This document shows, in pieces, positions 55,163 to 64,000 of a stretch of DNA of 64,000 bases. The notes below the pieces were generated by a model. That model was not told the DNA's origin. It ran no database searches and saw only the letters and a program-made list of their open reading frames with translations. The stretch covers positions 1 to 64,000 of the forward strand of contig OW569366.1 of the NCBI GenBank assembly GCA_937625935.1, written 5' to 3'. Both the position numbers and the translations under genes were made by a program. Position 1 is the stretch's first letter; the number at the start of each line of letters is the position of its first letter. This DNA is from Tetramitus jugosus. Lineage: Eukaryota > Protista > Heterolobosea.

Positions 55163-56200
55163 TTAGTTGCTCTCCAGGAGTCTATCATAGTTGGTCATGG
55201 TAGCGTTAATATATCGTTGCATGTATCGGGGTACTGTCACACAATCGTCTATCCTGTGATGCAAAATGAATGCCTTGGATATCCTACTGTGAGCTTTGGC
55301 TAGATCTCTTGGCTCCTTACAGAAGGGTATGCGGTAGCCCCACTGGGGATCCGTGAGGCAGCGATCCACACCTGTCAAGTTACATTTCAAGTTCCTGTTG
55401 CAATAGAGTGATAGAGCATCGTTGAGTAACCAACTCCTTATCGTAGGTTGTACAGAATGATCTGGTCGTATCATGTGACAGAGGGATTGGGTCAACTTGC
55501 GACCTGTTCCAGAATTCTTGTGAATGTGCAAAATGTGATTGTTCATTCGCTCGCCATGAATCAGTGTAGAGAATTCGTGAGCAATGGAGATGAGAGGCAT
55601 CAGATTCTTCATGAAGAGAACGTCTCCATCGACCCATATGCCACCGAATCGATTCAACAACAGCACACGCACCACATCGCTCTCCATTTGAACTCGAATC
55701 TTCTTTAAAAACCGATCGAACATTGCATTATTGTCCATGCATGTTCCCTTTTTCATCTCATTCATGTCGAAAACTCGAAATTCAATATTGTTTCGATGAC
55801 GATTACGGAGCTCCTTTATCATTCCGTAGTTTTGCAGCTTGTGGAGAGGTGTCGGTGACCAAATAATGAGCTTTGAGATTTCTGTTGGTTGAGTCACGAG
55901 ATAGGACTTGATGAGCAATGGCAACATCCACAAGATCTTTTTCCTCCAATACACGTGATAGTACACTGGATCTGCCGCTGTATAGTTGTAGTTGATTCTC
56001 TTGCACGTGTTCCAAATATCTGTTGCACAGTCAAGTTGGCTGCATCGACTCAAACCTTCCTGTTCATTGAATGTAGTTGTCAACTTGTCTGAGACGACTG
56101 CAATTGGAGTTGCTTGCAGCCAATTCATCAGATAAAGCACTCCGAACAAGTAACTGAAGCAGCACAGCAAGAAGAGTATTCTTGCGTTGGATATCCTCAT
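55163..56200 (-). CDS. DxD glycosyltransferase (GT32/Gly_transf_sug-like), copy 1
   Basis: Type II TM anchor; SDVVRVLLLNRFGGIWVDGD. Start taken at MRISNA. Confidence 0.85.
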   Translation of the reverse strand: MRISNARILFLLCCFSYLFGVLYLMNWLQATPIAVVSDKLTTTFNEQEGLSRCSQLDCATDIWNTCKRINYNYTAADPVYYHVYWRKKILWMLPLLIKSYLVTQPTEISKLIIWSPTPLHKLQNYGMIKELRNRHRNNIEFRVFDMNEMKKGTCMDNNAMFDRFLKKIRVQMESDVVRVLLLNRFGGIWVDGDVLFMKNLMPLISIAHEFSTLIHGERMNNHILHIHKNSGTGRKLTQSLCHMIRPDHSVQPTIRSWLLNDALSLYCNRNLKCNLTGVDRCLTDPQWGYRIPFCKEPRDLAKAHSRISKAFILHHRIDDCVTVPRYMQRYINATMTNYDRLLESN

Positions 56201-56650
56201 TCTTTCGTTGATTATTATTTTGTGCCAGAGAAGGGAAAGTGGCAAAATGATTTGGCTTTCAATATGCTGTTGTTCTAAGTCATGTTATCTTTGGGGAATG
56301 GCTTCATCTATCTCCTTCTGTCCAAGGACGAGAAAAACTTGGCCAGCAGTCACAGATACCCAAACGCACTCTACGTTTTTTCTAACAAGTTCTTCTGCAT
56401 AGTATTTTGAGTTGTTGATCCTGTTTGTATTTTCATCGAACTGGACAGAACTAATTTAGGATATCCATTCTGGAAGAGTTTGATATTTTTTCCGGAACTT
56501 TTCGAGCGTTTTTTTGTAGATGATATGATGCAAAGAACAAAACTTATGGCGACACGGACCAGATAAAGGAATGATTATTATTCGATTCATTGAGACAAAA
56601 TGAGTTTACTCTCGAGTGATGGACTCGAAAGCCCTAGGACAAGGACATCG

Positions 56651-57700
56651 TTAGCCAAGGAGTCTATTATACTTGTTCTTGGTAATGTTAATATATCGCT
56701 GCATATATAGGGGTACGGTTTCACAACTGTCCATTCGGTGATGCAGTATGAACGCCTTGGATATCTTGCTGTGGGCATTAGCCGGATTCTTTGGTTCCTT
56801 ACAGAATGGAATACGGAAGAGCCATTGAGGATCTGTGAGACAACGATGCACACCAGTCAAATTACAATTCAGATGCTTGTTGCAATAGAGTGATAGAGCA
56901 TCGTTGAGGAGCCAGTAATTCATCTTTGGCTTCACAATATGTTCTGGCTGTATCATGTGACAGAGTGATTCGGTCAACTTGCGACCTGTTCCAGAATTCT
57001 TGTGAATGTGCAAAATGTGATTGTTCATGCGCTCACCCTGGAACGTTGAAGAGAACTCATGGGCAATAGAGATGAGAGGCATCAGATTCTTCATGAAGAG
57101 AACATCTCCATCGACCCAAATTCCACCAAATCGATTCAGCAGCAATACACGCACCACATCACTCTCCATCTGTCGTTTTATCTTGGACAGAAACTCATCG
57201 AAAAGTGCATTATTGTCCATGCATGTTCCCTGTTTCATCTCATTCATGTCGAACACTCGAAATTCAATATTGTTGGGGTGTCGATCACGAAGCTCCTTGA
57301 TCGTCTCATAGTTTAGTTGAGTGTGAAGAGGTGTTGGTGACCAAAGAATGAGCTTGGAGATTTCTGTTGGTTGAGTCGCCAGATAGGACTTGATGAGCAA
57401 TGGCAACATCCACACGATGTCTCCCCTCCAATACACGTGATAGTACAATGGATCTGCCGCTGAATAGTGATAATCGACTCTCTTACATGTGGCCCAACTG
57501 TCAGAATTACAACCGAGTAGGCTACATCGATCCAATCCCACATCTTGTTCCTTGAATGCAGTTGTCGACTTGTCTGAGACAAGAGCGAGGTCTCCAATTG
57601 GTGTTCTTTGCAAAGACCACCAATTCAATAGATAGAAGATTCCAAACAAGTAGGTGACACAGCACAGCAGGATGCATATTTTTGCATTGGAAAATCTCAT
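56651..57700 (-). CDS. DxD glycosyltransferase (GT32/Gly_transf_sug-like), copy 2 (tandem paralogue)
   Basis: Same catalytic motif and high similarity to copy 1. Start taken at MRFSNA; upstream in-frame Mets exist. Confidence 0.85.
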   Translation of the reverse strand: MRFSNAKICILLCCVTYLFGIFYLLNWWSLQRTPIGDLALVSDKSTTAFKEQDVGLDRCSLLGCNSDSWATCKRVDYHYSAADPLYYHVYWRGDIVWMLPLLIKSYLATQPTEISKLILWSPTPLHTQLNYETIKELRDRHPNNIEFRVFDMNEMKQGTCMDNNALFDEFLSKIKRQMESDVVRVLLLNRFGGIWVDGDVLFMKNLMPLISIAHEFSSTFQGERMNNHILHIHKNSGTGRKLTESLCHMIQPEHIVKPKMNYWLLNDALSLYCNKHLNCNLTGVHRCLTDPQWLFRIPFCKEPKNPANAHSKISKAFILHHRMDSCETVPLYMQRYINITKNKYNRLLG

Positions 57701-58061
57701 TCTTTCTTTCATCATTGTTTGAGGAACCCAGAACTTGTTGGTGAAATGATTTGGCTTTCTAAATACTTTCGTTCTCAAGCATGGTATCTTAAGAGTAGCT
57801 CGCACTTCCGGTTTCGGAAGGACGAAAAAAACTATTGGCATTAATACCAAACCCACAAAGGTAATTGATGCATTTAACATTAGGTTGCGATCCTCTTTCC
57901 CATATTTTCGAACATCCATCGGCTCCTCCAATTTTTTTTGGGAGCTCAAGTCAAATTATTTTTGGTGGACAGATGTCACATCATTTGTGAAAGAAATGCT
58001 TATCTTTGGTAGCTGATTTCCAGACTATTCACGTTTTCAAGCACAAGAAACTAACAACATC

Positions 58062-59780
58062 ATGCCTCTTAAGCTAAATCCCAGTCGCCTATCCATCACC
58101 TCGAGCTTGGTTATCAAAGTATTCTTCCTGACGGTCATCGTCCTGAATGTTTTTCTCATCATTCAATTCATCACTTTTCGTAAGTCGAATCGAACATTGG
58201 AGAGTGGTGTTGCTGTCACCTCCACAGTGACCCCAATCAAGTTTGATCTCTCTTCCTATCCTCAAGAGAAGATCTGGGAAATGTTAAGGAATGACACTTA
58301 CAATGATTGTCGTTTCAAGAAATTCGACATCTTGTACAAGAAGAAACTGACAGACACTTATGAAGGATCTTGTACTCAGACTCATACGTGGTTCAACCCT
58401 ACCCAACAAACGATTCGAATGAAGTGTGCTCATGAATCTCATGTCCCCTTCCTCTACCACACATTAGAGCGGTTCCAGGAGCCAAGAGATGAGAGACTGT
58501 GGAAGATTTTCCCGGGATTAAACAACAAGAATGGCGAATTCTCAGTCGAGGGAATGAATCTCATCCATACTGCATGTGTCAACTTGGAAACTAGAACCAG
58601 TTATCATAACTTCTTTGTTCAATTGATCAGAGATGAAGCACTCGTCAGGGAGCGAAGAGAAGCGTACGAAAAGAGTAAGAGGAACTCTGGATCCGGTGAG
58701 TCCACTAATGATAATGAGGAAAGTGAACCACTCAATATTCATGTGATAATCATTGATTCCGTCGCTAGAAAATACTTCCATAGACACTTCCCTCACACGG
58801 AGCAATTCTTAAATCAACTTGATGAATCATCAGAGCACAGTGTAGTAGAGTTTGAGCAGTATCACATTGTGGGACACAACACAGCCGCAAACATGTATCA
58901 ATTCTCAACTGCCAAGGACATTTCGATGAAATTTACAGTGGAGCAACCATTCTTTGATGAAACAGAGAAGAGATTGGCAGGAGGACCAATCGAAATTCCA
59001 CTGCTTTGGGACCACTTGAAAACCATGGGATACATTTCGTCCATTGGAGAAGAAGCTGGTAATTGGTCATCTCCAATCAAGAGAATGATCGGTTTTAGAC
59101 ACAATGCAGTTACGTTCGACGTGGATCCTGTTTACCCTCAAGTGTACAGTTACATTGCAGAAACTGTTGGTAGATGGTTCTTGTATCGACCTTTCACATG
59201 CCCGTGTGCAGGAAACAAATTTATGAGCACAATTGCCTTTGAGTATGCTCAATCATTCTTTGAGAAGTATGATGATCTTCCAAAATTTTTGATGACAGCA
59301 CATAATGAAGGTCACGATCCAAGAGCCAACCACGTATTAATTCTCGATCCTGAATTGAAAAAATATTTGGAGTGGATGCGTGATTCTGGTCAACTCAAAC
59401 GCACAGCAGTGCTTTTGATGGGCGATCACGGTTTGAATTTCGGACCAATTTTCAAGGCTAGTGAAAAGCAAGGTGACTGGGAACATCAGCGTCCATATGC
59501 ATCATTAATTCTTCCCAAACGATATGCTACTGATCGCTTGAAGGAGAATGCGAAGAGATTGATCAATATTAGAGATTTCCACATGACAATTAGGGATTTG
59601 GCTACTTTCCCTCACCGTAGCACAGAGGGCATTGTCAGTCCAATTGCTCAATCCCTCTTGTTCGACGAAATTGATAAGGACAGATCCTGCGAAGATATGA
59701 AGGTAGGATACAAGTATCGAATGGCATGTGGAGAGAAGGGACAGCAGATTGCCAAAAAATTGAAGGATAAGGAATATTAA
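58062..59780 (+). CDS. DUF229-like alkaline phosphatase/sulfatase-superfamily type II membrane protein
   Basis: N-terminal TM; NIHVIIIDSVAR..F.RHFP.T, YHIVGHNTAAN, EGHD, MGDHG, DFHMTIRDL. Confidence 0.8.
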   Translation: MPLKLNPSRLSITSSLVIKVFFLTVIVLNVFLIIQFITFRKSNRTLESGVAVTSTVTPIKFDLSSYPQEKIWEMLRNDTYNDCRFKKFDILYKKKLTDTYEGSCTQTHTWFNPTQQTIRMKCAHESHVPFLYHTLERFQEPRDERLWKIFPGLNNKNGEFSVEGMNLIHTACVNLETRTSYHNFFVQLIRDEALVRERREAYEKSKRNSGSGESTNDNEESEPLNIHVIIIDSVARKYFHRHFPHTEQFLNQLDESSEHSVVEFEQYHIVGHNTAANMYQFSTAKDISMKFTVEQPFFDETEKRLAGGPIEIPLLWDHLKTMGYISSIGEEAGNWSSPIKRMIGFRHNAVTFDVDPVYPQVYSYIAETVGRWFLYRPFTCPCAGNKFMSTIAFEYAQSFFEKYDDLPKFLMTAHNEGHDPRANHVLILDPELKKYLEWMRDSGQLKRTAVLLMGDHGLNFGPIFKASEKQGDWEHQRPYASLILPKRYATDRLKENAKRLINIRDFHMTIRDLATFPHRSTEGIVSPIAQSLLFDEIDKDRSCEDMKVGYKYRMACGEKGQQIAKKLKDKEY

Positions 59781-59949
59781 CTCTCCTAAACTCTCCTGTA
59801 TGATGAATGTAAATATAGTTGATGCTTTAATTCCTGAGTGGAACTATCAAAGAATAAACAATCTTTCCTAATCCTATCGTGTATGGTTCGAAAATATTCT
59901 GATGATTTAAGTGTCATTGTAAACATTCTGATTCTTTTGGCGCTATCAC

Positions 59950-61746
59950 TCATACTCCTGTAACTAAGTGCGAAGAGTCACTCTCTTCTTCTGTTGCGTT
60001 GTAGTCTTGTAATTCCTCGTTTTTGTCATTGTCATCGTCCGAATTTGGTGTCTCAACTTCTTTCTGCACATCAGATCTTCTCACTCTCTCCTGGGCGTTG
60101 GCAACTTCCTGCTCAAAATCCACTTTCATAATCGTATAGAGTACAAGGAGACAAGAAACTGAGAATAAACCGAGGAACAAACCATACCATAATCCTGCGA
60201 GTTGCCATTTGAAATAGAAGCATAGAAAAATACCAAGTGGCAGTGCTAGCAAGTAATAGGAGACAAAGTTCGCTATGGCTCCCACGCCTTGCTTTCCAGT
60301 ACCTCTCAGAATACCTCCCAATGCCACTTGAGCTCCATCAAATATTTGAAACATTGCACCAATCGGTATAACTGATGCCACAATGGTAAGTACTTCCTCA
60401 TTGTCTGTGAACATGCGACCAATCACCCTTCTCGTCGAGAGTAGTACAAGTGCATTGGCTGCCATAATTGTTAGACAAATCATAAAGCCTACACTGCTTG
60501 CAACTTTAGCCCGAGTGGCCTGTTGAGCTCCAAGTGAAATACCAATACGAATCGAGGAGGCCACAGACACAGAAAGAGGAAGCATAAATGTGACCACACA
60601 GATATTCAAAAGAATCGCATGAGCTCCCAAATAAGCTTGATTGGCCAACAAACCAGCAAAAACACTGGTCACCTCGAATCCCCACACCTCCAGGCATAAT
60701 CCTAGCGACGCAGGCACACCAAGCTTCATGTATTCCCATAAACCTCTTGGTTGCAGTACCATTTTGACAGTATGGACAAACACTCCAATCGATGAGCGAT
60801 TGTTGTCCGAGGTCTCTTCTGAACTCTCCTGCTCTTTCAATCTTCGTCTCTCAATGTACAAGGCATAAGAAGCCAATGAAGTCATGATGAAAAATCGCGT
60901 GCAAGTCGTCGCAATAGGTGCGCCTATGAATCCAAGTCCCTTTATCCCAAACACTCCAAATATCATCACATAATTGAGACCTGCATTGAGCAAGACTGAA
61001 AAGAGGGAGGCAACCATGGGAAAGTACACCAATTTTTGAGCAGTCAAATACCGACTCACTAAACGCATCACACAATAGGGCCACAAACCAATTCCCACTA
61101 ACCGCAGAAAACTTCCCGTGAGCTTTGCCACTTCCTTGTGTTGACCCAATAGGAGCAAAATGGGCTCAATGAACATGAACAGCACCAATATAGGCACAAC
61201 CGACAGTGTAACAACCAACAAGGATCTCAGCACAACCATCCGTCTCATTCTTTCATTTCCCATGCCAGTGGACTGAGAAATCAGAGTGTCTTGCGCTCCC
61301 AGAAAACCTACAGGAATAAAGCTCAATGCAAAAAAGATGGCATTGGCCAAAGCAGCAGCCGCAAGTTCATTCTTGCCTAACCGACCTATAAAAGCCATAT
61401 CAGTCGTGCCCAACAACGCACCACACACTGAAGAGATCAAAATGGGCCAACAAAGGAAAAATGTGTCTTTTAGCTCTTGTTTCCAGTGCGCTCTCAGTGT
61501 AACGAAAAAATCTTTGAGCCGATCTCTTGCCGTAGCAGATCGCGTATTTGTCGTCGTCAACTCCAAGTTTCCCTCTTGCTCCAACTCGACTTGTTCCTGT
61601 TCATCTTCTTCAATGACCATATCCATTGTTTTTGAAAGCTCAGCCATGTAGGGGTCTTCTTCTTCTTCAATAATCGCTTCTTGTGTTGATGATACATCAC
61701 GATGATCACTATCCAGAAAGGTAGGTTCGTCCTTGTTTCGCGCCAT
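59950..61746 (-). CDS. MATE-family efflux transporter
   Basis: FIGRLGKNELAAAALA, DTLISQSTG, GLGFIGAPIAT, EVWGFE, RIGISLGA, GILRGTGKQ; about 12 TM helices. Confidence 0.94.
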   Translation of the reverse strand: MARNKDEPTFLDSDHRDVSSTQEAIIEEEEDPYMAELSKTMDMVIEEDEQEQVELEQEGNLELTTTNTRSATARDRLKDFFVTLRAHWKQELKDTFFLCWPILISSVCGALLGTTDMAFIGRLGKNELAAAALANAIFFALSFIPVGFLGAQDTLISQSTGMGNERMRRMVVLRSLLVVTLSVVPILVLFMFIEPILLLLGQHKEVAKLTGSFLRLVGIGLWPYCVMRLVSRYLTAQKLVYFPMVASLFSVLLNAGLNYVMIFGVFGIKGLGFIGAPIATTCTRFFIMTSLASYALYIERRRLKEQESSEETSDNNRSSIGVFVHTVKMVLQPRGLWEYMKLGVPASLGLCLEVWGFEVTSVFAGLLANQAYLGAHAILLNICVVTFMLPLSVSVASSIRIGISLGAQQATRAKVASSVGFMICLTIMAANALVLLSTRRVIGRMFTDNEEVLTIVASVIPIGAMFQIFDGAQVALGGILRGTGKQGVGAIANFVSYYLLALPLGIFLCFYFKWQLAGLWYGLFLGLFSVSCLLVLYTIMKVDFEQEVANAQERVRRSDVQKEVETPNSDDDNDKNEELQDYNATEEESDSSHLVTGV

Positions 61747-61872
61747 TTTTTTCACACTAATTTTTGTTCTGTTCTCGTGTTTCGTTGAACAATCCTTCTT
61801 GGTGGTAGAACACAAAAAAGCGAATCCGTCATCCAACATTTTTTTTTCAAACGTTTGATTCTCATAAATGAT

Positions 61873-63771
61873 ATGAACATTACTGGATTGCGCTTCATCA
61901 TCTACTCTTGTCTCTTTCTTCTCTTTTGGCTCATTTCAAGCGCACTTTTATACACTTTTGAGCCAAAACATCATCACAAAACAACAACAACAACAACCAC
62001 CACCACTATCAATACTAATACTAATAATAATAATATTGAACAATTACTCTATTACAATGTCAAGGAACGAACAAGTAGTGATTCATCATTGATACACATA
62101 CTTCTCATTGTTACGTCATCCATCTCTATGACTGCCAACTTGTTTATTATGATTCACTATTATTTTGGTGTGAATTGTTGTGGATGGATGATACACAAAA
62201 CGAATCATCCTATCGCACTCGTGTATAATGATGATGATGATGATGAAAATGAGAATGAGACAAGTACGTGTGATGATAAGAGTAGTTCTTCGTCTACTTT
62301 GTCTTCGAATAGGAGTGTCAATAATAATGATCAAGAACATGAACATCATGAAACGAACAATATTGTGGTGAAACACAAGAGTAAAAATCATCATGATGTG
62401 GAAGATGAGGATTCTGAAAATTCAGCTTGTTGTGTTTGTTGTCAGTCATGGGTGCAACGCATCAAAAATCTCTTGTTTCCAAAGAGAAATTTGCAAACAA
62501 GACTCATTTTTTACATTTCAGTGGTGGATACAGTGAGATGTGTTGCCTTTTTAATGACATTGGTCCATGTGAGTGTTGCCGTGTCAGCAGAAACAACAAT
62601 GGACAGTACTGCTCGCGCACTGAAACTAAAATGGGCAAAATACTTGTGTTTTACACAGGCGTTTCTCGTTCAATTCAGTAGCTTGGCCATCGTACTGTGG
62701 ACCAACATTTATTGTTGTTTCATTTATGTGGAATCAGAGGTGTTTCAACCCTTGTCAAAGTCGATTGTTCGATGCGAGTGGATGTTTCATTTGTTTGTGT
62801 GGCCTTGTGCGATATTGACTGCGATTGCTGCTCAATTGATGAACATTAATGGATCATCTGCACCAGTGTGGTGTTGGATCTCTCACCCGAGACTTGGATT
62901 CTCCTTCTTTTATATTCCCCTGCTACTCGTATTTTTGACCAATTTGTTGGCTCAAGCGGTGGTTCTGATGGTCCAGTGGTATCGCATGTGGAAACGGTGG
63001 CGTCGCATGACTAGAGGAACCGGATTGGAAGAGGGTGCAGAGCATCCCGAAGTGTCTCTGTTGGCCATGCAGAGTGCTCATCCGATATCATTCTCTGTTG
63101 CTTGGCAACTGAGACTGTTTCTGTTGGCATTCATGACTACATGGATATTCGGACTCGTATTTAGAATCATCAATCTCTTTATGACGTATAAACCTCCTGA
63201 ATGGCTCGGTTATGTGCACTCGACATTGCTACCACTCAATGGCTTCTTGAACTTTTTGGCCTATTTGGTGATCACGAGAGGTGGTGCCATTGACTGGATA
63301 GTGTTCTCCGTTCGCTTGATCTGGCGTCTGCTCTCATGTCAATTGAACTGTCTTCCAAAACAACGGAAGATCAAGTCACAAACACTCCGAACACCCAATG
63401 ACCGTACGTCACTTTTGCACTCAAATCCAAATGAAGACAAGCAACCATATGCTGTTCCACCGAATCGCACTGCAATTGTCCCTGCTTCTCACAACAAGAG
63501 CAACAACTCTACACTGAACCGGTTCAGTGTGAATCCCGACGTGTTTATCAACAAGTCACTCATTAGCTCCTCACCAAAGCCGAACTTTAGGCTCTATGGC
63601 TCCACAATTCGTTCAATGTACATGAACAATAATTGTAATGATAGTCACAACAATGACAATCATAACAATGATGAGGATAGTACCAATACGGAAGACAATG
63701 AATCCATAACAACAGTTACACACAACGAGAACTTTATTGATGATGTTGATCAAAACAGCAGACAAACATAA
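61873..63771 (+). CDS. cAMP-receptor-like (cAR/Git3/GPR157-type) GPCR
   Basis: RLIFYISVVD, LCFTQAFLVQFSSLA..WT, FHLFVWP, WCWI, FFYIPL, PLNGFLNFLAY; additional N-terminal hydrophobic segment. Confidence 0.85.
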   Translation: MNITGLRFIIYSCLFLLFWLISSALLYTFEPKHHHKTTTTTTTTTINTNTNNNNIEQLLYYNVKERTSSDSSLIHILLIVTSSISMTANLFIMIHYYFGVNCCGWMIHKTNHPIALVYNDDDDDENENETSTCDDKSSSSSTLSSNRSVNNNDQEHEHHETNNIVVKHKSKNHHDVEDEDSENSACCVCCQSWVQRIKNLLFPKRNLQTRLIFYISVVDTVRCVAFLMTLVHVSVAVSAETTMDSTARALKLKWAKYLCFTQAFLVQFSSLAIVLWTNIYCCFIYVESEVFQPLSKSIVRCEWMFHLFVWPCAILTAIAAQLMNINGSSAPVWCWISHPRLGFSFFYIPLLLVFLTNLLAQAVVLMVQWYRMWKRWRRMTRGTGLEEGAEHPEVSLLAMQSAHPISFSVAWQLRLFLLAFMTTWIFGLVFRIINLFMTYKPPEWLGYVHSTLLPLNGFLNFLAYLVITRGGAIDWIVFSVRLIWRLLSCQLNCLPKQRKIKSQTLRTPNDRTSLLHSNPNEDKQPYAVPPNRTAIVPASHNKSNNSTLNRFSVNPDVFINKSLISSSPKPNFRLYGSTIRSMYMNNNCNDSHNNDNHNNDEDSTNTEDNESITTVTHNENFIDDVDQNSRQT

Positions 63772-64000
63772 CACTCGAGCTATTGAAACACTAACGGAAT
63801 CATTATTATTTTTAAAAAAAGTGAAGGTAGTGACTTTGCTTTGTGTGCTCTTACATATTCGTAGCCAAAGCATCTCCTTATTTGACCAATCCTTTGCAGC
63901 AAAAAACATCTACTGGAACGTACGGATGACGACGAACACAACCGCAATGCCACATCCAAGCGAATGGGGAGTTTAGACAAGTATGATGATGAATGTTTTG

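Noticed and set aside
29178-63980. Numerous short antisense or overlapping ORFs and trinucleotide tracts
   Set aside because: Shadow frames of real genes; the (CAA)n, (AAT)n and (GAT)n runs encode ordinary poly-Q/N/D/S low-complexity segments.
1-64000. Ciliate origin; CRISPR arrays, rRNA or tRNA genes
   Set aside because: TAA and TAG act as stops; no repeat-spacer array or recognisable structural RNA gene was seen by eye.

Overview
Left end of a chromosome from an AT-rich, gene-dense, intron-poor eukaryote that uses the standard genetic code. The gene content (7TM-RGS, EGF/REJ surface proteins, sensor adenylate cyclase, poly-N/Q tracts) resembles a heterolobosean (Naegleria-like) protist; that assignment is inference. 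Bases 1-843 are a nearly pure (CCCAAA)n = (TTTGGG)n telomere. From about 0.85 to 29.1 kb lies a subtelomeric mosaic of broken or rearranged genes: an F-box membrane-protein gene split by a ~1.5 kb insertion carrying an intact secreted discoidin gene; an RGS-START fragment; a stand-alone HECT domain; a ~2,735-codon adhesion-receptor-like gene (fibrinogen, EGF, REJ, GPS, 7TM, RGS) with one nonsense codon and one frameshift; a degraded RCC1/EGF gene; and a Kelch-F-box-Rho GTPase fusion interrupted by a 418-bp MITE with an 11-bp target-site duplication. From 29.1 kb onward the genes are intact and conserved: Kir channel, USP22-like deubiquitinase, sensor cyclase (one intron), LCAT/PLA2, gelsolin-family protein, 5'-nucleotidase, HIT protein, cyclin, Cu-ATPase, eIF2A, TMEM62-like protein, two tandem DxD glycosyltransferases, DUF229-like protein, MATE transporter and a cAR-like GPCR. 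All domain calls come from motif recognition by eye; no database searches were run.
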